DNA from: Candidatus Methylomirabilota bacterium | GTDB lineage: Bacteria; Methylomirabilota; Methylomirabilia; Rokubacteriales; DASRDR01 | Assembly: GCA_036005065.1 (NCBI GenBank) | Contig: DASYQW010000119.1 | Location: forward strand, 1 to 24,994 | Reading direction: 5' to 3' | DNA length: 24,994 nt | Shown here: positions 1 to 6,692 of the stretch, piece by piece | Layout of the letters: each line of letters starts with the position of its first letter | Numbering within the stretch: position 1 is the first letter of the stretch | Made by a program: the position numbers and the translations under genes | The notes under the pieces: generated by a model | Databases searched by the model: none | The model's input: the letters and a program-made list of their open reading frames with translations, nothing else | What the model was told of the DNA's origin: nothing

Positions 1-143
1 CGCGCCAGGATGTGGCGAATCGTCGTCTGGCGGAGGAGGGCGTCGTAGATGGCCAGGTTGTGGACACCCGGGATCCCGAAGACGTGGCGGACTCCCTCGG
101 CGGCCAGCGCGTCCACGACCCATTCGCCGCCGGTCCGATCCAT
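1..143 (-). CDS. Thiamine-pyrophosphate-dependent enzyme (acetolactate synthase large-subunit-like), N-terminal 47 aa only; the rest lies beyond the window edge
   Basis: Not in the ORF track (truncated by the window edge). Minus-strand ATG at 143..141 gives MDRTGGEWVVDALAAEGVRHVFGIPGVHNLAIYDALLRQTTIRHILAR, the conserved TPP_enzyme_N motif (GV.HVFG.PG...L.DAL). The ATG lies 3 nt after the Mrp stop codon. Confidence 0.55.
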   Translation of the reverse strand, partial: MDRTGGEWVVDALAAEGVRHVFGIPGVHNLAIYDALLRQTTIRHILA

Positions 144-146
144 GAC

Positions 147-1034
147 CTACGCCCGCAGGACTGCGCTCGCGAGGCGGGCCGCCACCTCCCGGAGCGCCCG
201 GCCCGTCGGACTCTCGCCGTGCTCGAGGACGAACGGCCGGCCCCGGTCCGCCGCCCCGGCCAGTCGAGGATCGAACGGGATCTGGCCGAGGAAGGGAATC
301 CCGCAGTGCAGGGCCAGGCGCTCGCCGCCCGGGCCGTCGAAGAGGGCGCCGAGGCTGCCGCACTGGAGGCAGACGTAGCCGGCCATGTTCTCCACCAGGC
401 CGAGCAGCGGCGTGCCCGCCTCGCGCGCCAGGGCGATCGATCGGCGGACGACCAGGTGGGAGACCTCCGACGGAATGGTGACGACCACGGCGCCCGTGAG
501 GTCGGGCAGCAGGCCGGCCAGCGTCGGCAGCCGGTCGACGCCGGGCGGGAGATCGAGCAGCAGGACGTCCAGGGCGCCCCATGCCGTGTCGGTCAGGAAC
601 TCGCGCAGGGCGTTGGCCTCCATCGTCCCGCGCCAGGTGTGGGCGTCGGTCTGGGTGGGCGCGTTCCACACGACGGGCGTGTCGTCGGACGGGAGCAGGA
701 GGTCCATCGAGAGGACCCGGATCCCCTCGGCGGACCGCGCCGGCTCGACGCCCGCCTCGGTGACCCGGAGCGTCTGACCGCGCACGCCGAGCATCTTGGC
801 GATCGAGGGCCCATTCAGATCCGCGTCCAGCACGCCGACGGCGTACCCCTCGGCGGCCAGCGCCGCCCCGAGGTTCGCGGTCACCGAGCTCTTGCCGACG
901 CCGCCCTTGCCCGAGACGACGGCCACCGTGCGCCGGATGGCCGCCAGCCGGGCGCGGAGCCGGGCGTGTTGCTCGGCGATCTGGCCGACGATGTTCGAGC
1001 CGCCGTCCCCCTGGATGTCCCGATACCGCTTCAC
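147..1034 (-). CDS. apbC: Mrp/ApbC/NBP35-family Fe-S cluster carrier ATPase
   Basis: 295-aa ORF. Deviant Walker A motif VAVVSGKGGVGKSSVTANLGAAL, the ParA/MinD-like Mrp core, and a C-terminal CLQCG CxxC motif for the bridging Fe-S cluster. The start ATG overlaps the upstream stop (ATGA at 1031-1034). Confidence 0.85.
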   Translation of the reverse strand: MKRYRDIQGDGGSNIVGQIAEQHARLRARLAAIRRTVAVVSGKGGVGKSSVTANLGAALAAEGYAVGVLDADLNGPSIAKMLGVRGQTLRVTEAGVEPARSAEGIRVLSMDLLLPSDDTPVVWNAPTQTDAHTWRGTMEANALREFLTDTAWGALDVLLLDLPPGVDRLPTLAGLLPDLTGAVVVTIPSEVSHLVVRRSIALAREAGTPLLGLVENMAGYVCLQCGSLGALFDGPGGERLALHCGIPFLGQIPFDPRLAGAADRGRPFVLEHGESPTGRALREVAARLASAVLRA

Positions 1035-2035
1035 GGCGCCAGGCCCTCGTCGGAGGTGTCGAGCGGCGCCGCCGACGGGTCCTCGAGGTATGTCCGGAAG
1101 CGCTGCATCAGCTCATGGCCGAGGAAGTCGCCGGATCGGCCCGCCCGCTCGGTCTCGAAGTACCGGCGGATCCGGTCCAGCCGCTCCTGCGCCTCGGGGT
1201 TGAGGCTGACGATGCGGAGCCGCTCCTTGGCGGCGTCGAAGGCGTCGAAGGTGAGCTCGGCGAAGCCGAGCTCCCGGATGCGCTTCACGGCCTTCATCAT
1301 CGCCTGGTTACGGAACCGGGTGAGGAGCGGGGAGGTGATCACACGCGCGCCCAGGCGCCGGGCGCGCCGTTCGGCCGCCTTCCGGATGCCCTCGCGCACG
1401 AACTCGGGCGCGGTCTGGAGCCGCTCCCAGGCGTCGGGCGCCCACTCGACCGGCTCTTCCCGGCCGGCAACCCACACCCGCCGGAAGACTTCCGCGGTGA
1501 CGGCCGACTCGCCGCGTCGCCGGGCCTCGGCCTCCACGTCGCGCTTGAAGAGCAGCATGACGAAGTCCGCCATCATCGGCGGCGTCCTGCCGAGCCGTGC
1601 CAGCAGGAGGGTGTCGGCCTCGGGCGTCCACGGCAGGGGCTCGGCCGGCACCTCCGCCTCGGCCAACCCCTCCGCCTCCCGGATGAGTGCGGGGGTGATG
1701 CGGGAGGCGCCTTGCTCGAGGGCGAGCTCCTCGCAGATCCGCCGGGTGATGGGTCGCATGAACTCCGGGATCGAGGCCAGGAGCGCGTCGGCCTCGGACG
1801 TCCACGGCAGGGCGGGCGGGGCGGCCGTCCCGGGGATCGCGTAGCCGCCGGAGGCGGCCAGTCCCATCATCTCCTGCTTGTAGCGCGTCATCAGCTCGGG
1901 CGTGATGACCGGAATCCCCTCGGCGCGGGCACGCCGCTCGGCCAGCCGCCGCACCATGCCGCGCAGGAAGACCGGCGCACGCTGGAGGCGCTCCTCGGCC
2001 TCGGGGGTCCAGCGGACCTCGCCGGGCGGCCTCAC
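1031..2035 (-). CDS. Protein made of 4-5 tandem PCP_red-like repeats (protochlorophyllide reductase BchB C-terminal-like domain, PF08369-like)
   Basis: Taken from the 499-aa ORF 1031..2530. The N-terminal 165 aa of that ORF is a low-complexity Arg/Pro/Gly run overlapping the 2032..2460 gene in another frame. The real start is probably GTG at 2035..2033, overlapping the upstream TGA (GTGA). Repeats found: WTPEAEERLQRAPVFLRGMVRRLAERRARAEGIPVITPELM, LPWTSEADALLASIPEFMRPITRRICEELALEQGASRITPALI, LPWTPEADTLLLARLGRTPPMMADFVMLLFKRDVEAEARRRGESAVTAEV, WAPDAWERLQTAPEFVREGIRKAAERRARRLGARVITSPLL, LNPEAQERLDRIRRYFE. Confidence 0.7.
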   Translation of the reverse strand: MRPPGEVRWTPEAEERLQRAPVFLRGMVRRLAERRARAEGIPVITPELMTRYKQEMMGLAASGGYAIPGTAAPPALPWTSEADALLASIPEFMRPITRRICEELALEQGASRITPALIREAEGLAEAEVPAEPLPWTPEADTLLLARLGRTPPMMADFVMLLFKRDVEAEARRRGESAVTAEVFRRVWVAGREEPVEWAPDAWERLQTAPEFVREGIRKAAERRARRLGARVITSPLLTRFRNQAMMKAVKRIRELGFAELTFDAFDAAKERLRIVSLNPEAQERLDRIRRYFETERAGRSGDFLGHELMQRFRTYLEDPSAAPLDTSDEGLAP

Positions 2036-2460
2036 GGTGGAAGGTTCCAGCCCGCCCGCGCCACCATCACCGCCGTCGCGAGCGCGATCAGGGCGAAGAC
2101 GGTGGCACCGAGGGACATGGACACCTCGCCTCCCCCGGGCAACGGCACCGTCGGCACGCTCGGGGCACGCGCGACCCGCGCCACGCCGACGACCCGGACC
2201 AGGAGAAACACCGCCAGGAGGCGGGTGAACCAGAGGTAGCCCCATCCGTGCGGCCCGCGGGCGATGAGCCAGGGGAAGAGCACCACGAAGAGGAGGCCGA
2301 GCGTGAAGGCGAAGACGAGGAGCCAGCCCGGCCCCGGCCCGGTCGTGCCACGTGCCCCGACGCCGACCAGGACGAGGTACACGGCGCCGACGAGGTAGAT
2401 CACGCCGTAGATCCGGTACGCGAGGGCCGCCTGACGAAACTTCGCCTCGCGCATCGCCAC
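2032..2460 (-). CDS. Small integral membrane protein (about 4 TM helices), function unknown
   Basis: 142-aa ORF in a different frame from the overlapping 499-aa ORF. Contains four long hydrophobic stretches (IYGVIYLVGAVYLVLVGVGA, WLLVFAFTLGLLFVVLFPWLIA, YLWFTRLLAVFLLVRVVGVA, LGATVFALIALATAVMVA). Lies 6 nt after the radical-SAM stop and is coupled to the downstream gene. Confidence 0.6.
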   Translation of the reverse strand: MAMREAKFRQAALAYRIYGVIYLVGAVYLVLVGVGARGTTGPGPGWLLVFAFTLGLLFVVLFPWLIARGPHGWGYLWFTRLLAVFLLVRVVGVARVARAPSVPTVPLPGGGEVSMSLGATVFALIALATAVMVARAGWNLPP

Positions 2461-2466
2461 GCGGCC

Positions 2467-3831
2467 TCAGCCGGCCGGCGGGGCCGGCGCGGGGCGCGGG
2501 GTAAACGATCGGCCCGGGGTGACTCCCCACTGGGCCCGCACCTCGGTCATGAGGGCCGGCGTGACACGCCCCTGCCCCTGGCGCCGGGCGTACGCCTCGA
2601 CTGCCTGGACGACCATGGCCCGGGCGAAGGCGGGGATGGCGTCGAGACGCGCCCGGGCGGCCGGCTCCCAGGCGAGCGTGAACCGCGCCTCGAGGCCGAA
2701 CGTCTGGGCGGCGGGCAGGCGGAGAATCTCACCACCGTGCCGACCCGGCTGGTACGCGCAGGCCGGATCCTCGGCCAGGTAGTCGCCGGATGTCGCGTAG
2801 GCCCGGCACCGGCAGCCGCCGCAGATCACCTGGAACTCGCACGCTCCGCAGCGGCCGCCCAGCCGCGGCTCCCGGAGGTCCTGGAACACCCGGCCCCGCG
2901 CCCACAGCTCGGCGAAGCTCACCTGACGCAGGTTCCCGGCGCTGACGGGCATGTACGGACAGGGCGTGACGTCCCCCTCGGGGGTGATCCGGCAGTAGTA
3001 CTTGCCGGCCGGGCAGGACCCGTGCGCGTAGTTGGCGAGGAGCGGCGAGCGCGGGTCGAGTTCCCAGAGGATGCGGCGGAAGTGCGGGGCGCATTTGGCC
3101 CGGATGAGAAGGTCGCCGGCCCGGCCCGCCGGCACGCTCCACGGATCCTCCGCGCCCTCGACGGGGGAGGGCCGCGGCGTCGGCCCGGCGCCCACCCCCT
3201 GGACGCGCGCCAGGTAGCCGAGGATCGTCTCGTACTGGGCGGCGGTGATGTCGGTCAGCTGCTCGCCCCGACCCGTGCGGACGAGGAAGAAGAAGTTGAG
3301 GACACGCGCCTGAAGTTCCCGGGCCAGGTCGATCATGGCGGGGATCTCGCCCAGGTTCCAGTCGGTCACGCTCATGTGAATCGAGAAGTCGAGCCCCTCG
3401 GCCCGGAGCGCCTGGGTCGCTCGGACGGCGCCCTGCCAGGCGCCGGGCTGGTGCCGGAAGCGATCGTGCCGCGCGGGATCGATCGAGTCGAGGCTGAGCG
3501 ATGCCCCCTGCACCCCGTGCTCGCGGAGGCGCCGCGCCTGCTTCTCGCGCAGGAGCACGCCGTTGGTGCCGAGGACGACCGTGAATCCGTGGTCGCGCCC
3601 CCGGGCGGCGAGCTCGAAGATGTCCGGCCGGAGCAGCGGCTCGCCCCCGGTGAGGATCAGGAACACATCGGGGTTGACGCGGGCGATGTCGGTCATCACC
3701 CGGCGGCACTCCTCGGTCGAGAGCTCGCCGGACGCGCTCGCGCCCGGCGCCGCGCTCATGTAGCAGTGGGCGCAGAAGAGGTTGCAGCGCTGAGTGAGGT
3801 TCCAGGAAACGGCGTATGCCTTGTACGTCAT
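2467..3831 (-). CDS. Radical SAM/SPASM enzyme of the AhbD/NirJ (heme-modifying, PqqE-like) type with a C-terminal PCP_red-like domain fused
   Basis: 454-aa ORF. CxxxCxxC at aa 16-23 (CNLFCAHC). Motifs LSTEE, LILTGGEPLLRPD and VVLGTNG are typical of AhbD/NirJ-type radical SAM enzymes. A Cys-rich SPASM region follows (CPAGKYYC...CPYM...CGACEFQVICGGCRCRAY). The C-terminal ~70 aa, LAWEPAARARLDAIPAFARAMVVQAVEAYARRQGQGRVTPALM, is a PCP_red-type repeat. There is a GGAGG Shine-Dalgarno 5 nt upstream of the ATG. Confidence 0.85.
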   Translation of the reverse strand: MTYKAYAVSWNLTQRCNLFCAHCYMSAAPGASASGELSTEECRRVMTDIARVNPDVFLILTGGEPLLRPDIFELAARGRDHGFTVVLGTNGVLLREKQARRLREHGVQGASLSLDSIDPARHDRFRHQPGAWQGAVRATQALRAEGLDFSIHMSVTDWNLGEIPAMIDLARELQARVLNFFFLVRTGRGEQLTDITAAQYETILGYLARVQGVGAGPTPRPSPVEGAEDPWSVPAGRAGDLLIRAKCAPHFRRILWELDPRSPLLANYAHGSCPAGKYYCRITPEGDVTPCPYMPVSAGNLRQVSFAELWARGRVFQDLREPRLGGRCGACEFQVICGGCRCRAYATSGDYLAEDPACAYQPGRHGGEILRLPAAQTFGLEARFTLAWEPAARARLDAIPAFARAMVVQAVEAYARRQGQGRVTPALMTEVRAQWGVTPGRSFTPRPAPAPPAG

Positions 3832-3840
3832 TCGATCCTC

Positions 3841-3932
3841 CCCTCTCCCCCTGTGGGGGGGAGAGGGTTAGGGTGAGGGGTCCGGCGACGCGGCGAGACC
3901 CTCACCCCACCCTCTCCCTAGGAGGGAGAGGG
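3841..3932 (-). promoter_or_regulatory. Three consecutive GC-rich stem-loops in the 86-nt spacer between the Usp/PCP_red gene and the radical SAM gene; the first stem of the mRNA spans the Usp gene stop codon
   Basis: Plus-strand stem-loops: (1) 3841-3851 ccctctccccc with 3857-3867 gggggagaggg, a perfect 11-bp stem with loop tgtgg. (2) 3871-3882 gggtgaggggtc with 3897-3907 gaccctcaccc, about 11 bp with one bulge. (3) 3910-3919 ccctctccct with 3923-3932 agggagaggg, 9-10 bp; this arm covers the TAG at 3918-3920. All share a CCCTCTCCC/GGGAGAGGG core. There is no U-tract on the minus strand, so this is not a canonical intrinsic terminator. Confidence 0.4.
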
Positions 3933-5834
3933 AGTCTCGGGCTTTTTGTCGCGGATGTAGCCGGCGATGACCTCGTTCATCGTGTTGCGCGCGTGCCCGA
4001 TCCCCTCCTCGCACATCGCGAGATCGACGACCCCCACCTGCTTCGCGCGCGCGACCCGCTCGATCTCCTCTCGGGTCATGTCCCGCATGAACCCGGCCGG
4101 GACGCGGTTGAGGCGGGCCACCGCGTCTTCCGTCCAGGTGAACTCGCCGGACGGCGCCGCCACCTCTCGGAGGCTGGCCGGCTCGAACCGGGTGTTGGCG
4201 ATGAGGGTCTCCCAGCCGGCGCCCAGCTTGTCCCGGCCCACCGTCTCCTCGATCAGGGGGAAGGCCAGCTCCTTGGTGATCACCGGGATCCGGCGCGAGC
4301 GGGCGTACTTCTCGATTCGGGCCTTGGCCCGCCGGCGGAGGTAGGCGTCGGTGACCTCGCGAAGCCCCTCGCGGGCGTCGTTGGCCCACCGGACCGAGAC
4401 GCCGGGCATCACCTCTTCCTCGGCGATGCCGCCCTCGGCGGTGGCGATCGCCTCGACGACCTGCCGGTCGATGAGCGAGAACGCCTCCGGGCCGGCGCCG
4501 CAGACCGGGCACTTCACCACCGGGTTCGGGCCCTTGACCGCGTAACCGCAGATGGAACAGATGGCCGACACCGGCGCCTCCTCGGCCCGTAGCTTGGCGA
4601 CCGCCAGGTCCTCGGCCATGATCTGCATCTTCTCGGCCAGGCGGCTCGGCATGAAGATCGCCATCGCCTCGTCGATGACCTTGGAGGTGATGACCGTATG
4701 CCCCTGCTCGATGGCGTAGCGCAGGAGCGCCGTCCGGGCGACCCCGGCCACCTGGGCCGGGACCCGCTTCATGCGAGCCTCGGCCTCCTCCGTCCAGGAG
4801 ATGATCTCCTCGGCCTTCACGTCGAGCGGCGGGTAGAACCTCCCGCCGGTGAGGAGGACGTTGCAGGGGGCGAGCCGCAGGAGGTTCTCCGTGTTGGAGC
4901 CGAGGTCGGCCTCGTTCTCGTCCGAGTGGACCCCGACCCGCCCCAGGATCAGGAGCCAGGGGTGCTCCTTCCGGCAAAACTGGAGGAGCTTCTCGAAGCA
5001 CTTCCCGTCGAGCAGCGTGATCGCCAGGTCCACCTCCGCGTCCCGGGCCAGCTTCCGCCCGATCTCGAGGTGCGACTGGTAGATCTTGGCCAGCCCGGTG
5101 TCGATGATCTCCTCGTGGAGCTGCTCCTGCTCCTTGAAGCGGAACACCTTCGAGGCTTTCTCGGAAAGGACGCCGACGATGCCGTTGAACATCGCGTAGT
5201 GGAGATAGGGATCGTAGACGGCGACGGCGTGGAGCGCCCGGCCGAGCCTCTTGGCCAGGGCCACGCCGATCTGGAGTCCCCGGAATGACTGGGGACTCCC
5301 GTCGAGTCCGACCACGATGGCGCCCTGCTGGGCTTCCAGGGGATCGGGGTTGCGAACGACGAGCGTGTCGATCGGCACCCGCCGGACGAAGCGCTCCGTC
5401 ACCGAGCCGAGCTGGCTGTCCCTGACGGCGCCCAGCCCCAGCGCGCCGATCACCACCAGATCGTAGTCCCCGGCCCGGACGTCCTCGATGAGGGCCTTGT
5501 AATGCTTGCCGTCCATCATCCGCCGCTCGAACGGGAGCCCGGCCGCCTCCGCCTTCTTGCCTATCACGTCGAGGTACGAGTCGGAGATGAGCTGCAGGCC
5601 CATCGCGATCAGCGAATCGTGGATCTTCCGCTGGCGCTCGAGCTCCGTCTCATCCTTGTACTCGTCCGGCAGCGTGTACTCCATCTGCTTGAACCGGTAG
5701 TCGTGGAGCCGGGCCGCGTAGACGTGGCAGCCGACCAGCTCGGACCCGAACGCCTTCCCGAGCTCGACGGCCAGGTCGATGGCGCGGTTCGAGTAGTCCG
5801 AGTTGTCGACCGGCACGTAGATCTTCCGGAACAT
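3918..5834 (-). CDS. Multidomain protein: tandem universal stress protein (UspA) domains, PCP_red-like repeat, rubredoxin-like zinc ribbon, then two more PCP_red-like repeats
   Basis: 638-aa ORF. The N-terminal ~300 aa carry two Usp-like alpha/beta halves (IYVPVDNSDYSNRAIDLA...VVIGALG; IVVGLDGSPQSFRGLQIGVALA...HPWLLILGRVG). Then ISWTEEAEARMKRVPAQVAGVARTALLRYAIEQGHTVITSKVI, a PCP_red repeat. Then CSICGYAVKGPNPVVKCPVCG, a CxxC...CxxC zinc ribbon. Then VRWANDAREGLREVTDAYLRRRAKARIEKYARSRRIPVITKEL and FTWTEDAVARLNRVPAGFMRDMTREEIERVARAKQVGVVDL. GGAGG Shine-Dalgarno 5 nt upstream. Confidence 0.8.
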   Translation of the reverse strand: MFRKIYVPVDNSDYSNRAIDLAVELGKAFGSELVGCHVYAARLHDYRFKQMEYTLPDEYKDETELERQRKIHDSLIAMGLQLISDSYLDVIGKKAEAAGLPFERRMMDGKHYKALIEDVRAGDYDLVVIGALGLGAVRDSQLGSVTERFVRRVPIDTLVVRNPDPLEAQQGAIVVGLDGSPQSFRGLQIGVALAKRLGRALHAVAVYDPYLHYAMFNGIVGVLSEKASKVFRFKEQEQLHEEIIDTGLAKIYQSHLEIGRKLARDAEVDLAITLLDGKCFEKLLQFCRKEHPWLLILGRVGVHSDENEADLGSNTENLLRLAPCNVLLTGGRFYPPLDVKAEEIISWTEEAEARMKRVPAQVAGVARTALLRYAIEQGHTVITSKVIDEAMAIFMPSRLAEKMQIMAEDLAVAKLRAEEAPVSAICSICGYAVKGPNPVVKCPVCGAGPEAFSLIDRQVVEAIATAEGGIAEEEVMPGVSVRWANDAREGLREVTDAYLRRRAKARIEKYARSRRIPVITKELAFPLIEETVGRDKLGAGWETLIANTRFEPASLREVAAPSGEFTWTEDAVARLNRVPAGFMRDMTREEIERVARAKQVGVVDLAMCEEGIGHARNTMNEVIAGYIRDKKPETPSPS

Positions 5835-5950
5835 GAGCGCCTCCGGTGTCAGGCCGACAACCGTCGCATCCCGGAGCCGCGGTCGTCGGCGTTACGCACG
5901 AAATCGGCCTTCACCCCACCCTCGGCCTACCGGGTCCGCACCGGTGGAGC

Positions 5951-6322
5951 TCAGCATCCGAAGCGGGCGTCGGTCGGGTCGACGAAATTGTCGAGACTCA
6001 GCCAGAGGCTCTTGCTGTACCGGAAAAACCAGAGCGGGAAGAGGACGGCGAACGTGCCCCAGATCGCGAGCTGCTGCCCGACGGTGAGGCCGAGCCAGGC
6101 GCCCAGCCCGAAGTAACCGAGGAGGGCGATCACCACCGTCGCGCCGTAGTTCAGGTAGATGGCCCCCACGAAGTAGCCCGGCTCGCGCTCGAAGACGAGC
6201 CCGCAGCCAGGGCAGCGCGACCGCATGCGAAACCATCCCTCGAACATGCCGCCGGCGCCACAGCGAGGGCACTGCAGACGGAGGCCCCGACCCAGCAGCC
6301 GCCGTGACCGTGCGAGGTCCAT
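5951..6322 (-). CDS. DUF983-family zinc-ribbon membrane protein (commonly encoded next to cytochrome oxidase genes)
   Basis: 123 aa. An N-terminal CPRCG...CPGCG zinc ribbon is followed by two TM helices (YFVGAIYLNYGATVVIALLGYFGLGAWL; LAIWGTFAVLFPLWFF). This is the typical DUF983 layout. Confidence 0.7.
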   Translation of the reverse strand: MDLARSRRLLGRGLRLQCPRCGAGGMFEGWFRMRSRCPGCGLVFEREPGYFVGAIYLNYGATVVIALLGYFGLGAWLGLTVGQQLAIWGTFAVLFPLWFFRYSKSLWLSLDNFVDPTDARFGC

Positions 6323-6347
6323 CTGCCCACCTCTGGCTGGGGCACAG

Positions 6348-6683
6348 TCAGTGTTTCGCCGGGGCTTCGACCTTCGCCGACTCGGCCGTCTTGTGGTCCA
6401 CGGCGCGACTGTCAGGCATGATGATCAGCACGAGCAGCGTCCCGATGGCGAGCGGGGTCAGAGCGATGTAGGCCAGGGTCCGGGTCTCGAAGCGGAGATG
6501 CATGAAGTACATCGCCACCAGGGCCGCCTTCGAGAGCGCGAGCGCGACCAAGAGCACCCACTTGGTGGGCGGCGGCAGGAAATAGGCGCCGACCTCCAGC
6601 ACCGTCAGTACCGCGAGCCAGTAGAAGACGGCCATGTAGTTCGGGCTCTTGTGGGCGTGTGCCTCAGCCATCGCGTCCCCCAT
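6348..6683 (-). CDS. ctaF: Cytochrome c oxidase subunit IV (prokaryotic COX4_pro/CtaF type)
   Basis: 111 aa. NYMAVFYWLAVLTVLEV...ALSKAALVAMYFMHL matches the bacterial subunit IV consensus (KA.LV..YFMHL). The start is either the first ATG or the ATG 4 codons later (MAEAHAH). Confidence 0.7.
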   Translation of the reverse strand: MGDAMAEAHAHKSPNYMAVFYWLAVLTVLEVGAYFLPPPTKWVLLVALALSKAALVAMYFMHLRFETRTLAYIALTPLAIGTLLVLIIMPDSRAVDHKTAESAKVEAPAKH

Positions 6684-6692
6684 CCCCGGATC

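Noticed and set aside
12-1844. 610-aa plus-strand ORF
   Set aside because: It is antisense to the Mrp and PCP_red genes, which have clear family signatures. Its translation is Arg/Ala/Gly low-complexity, typical of spurious long ORFs in about 70% GC DNA.
2036-2530. N-terminal 165-aa extension of the 499-aa PCP_red ORF
   Set aside because: It overlaps the well-formed 4-TM gene 2032..2460 in another frame and is low-complexity. The GTG at 2035 in a GTGA overlap is the more plausible start.
3910-3950. Plus-strand hairpin followed by GGGCTTTTTG, resembling an intrinsic terminator
   Set aside because: There is no plus-strand gene upstream of it and both flanking genes are on the minus strand. 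I read it as the minus-strand hairpin triad, not as a plus-strand terminator.
2248-5001. Large ORFs 2248..3876(+), 2729..3709(-), 3868..5001(-), 3816..4592(+)
   Set aside because: All overlap the radical SAM or Usp/PCP_red genes, which have strong motif support. Their translations are compositionally biased with no recognisable motifs.
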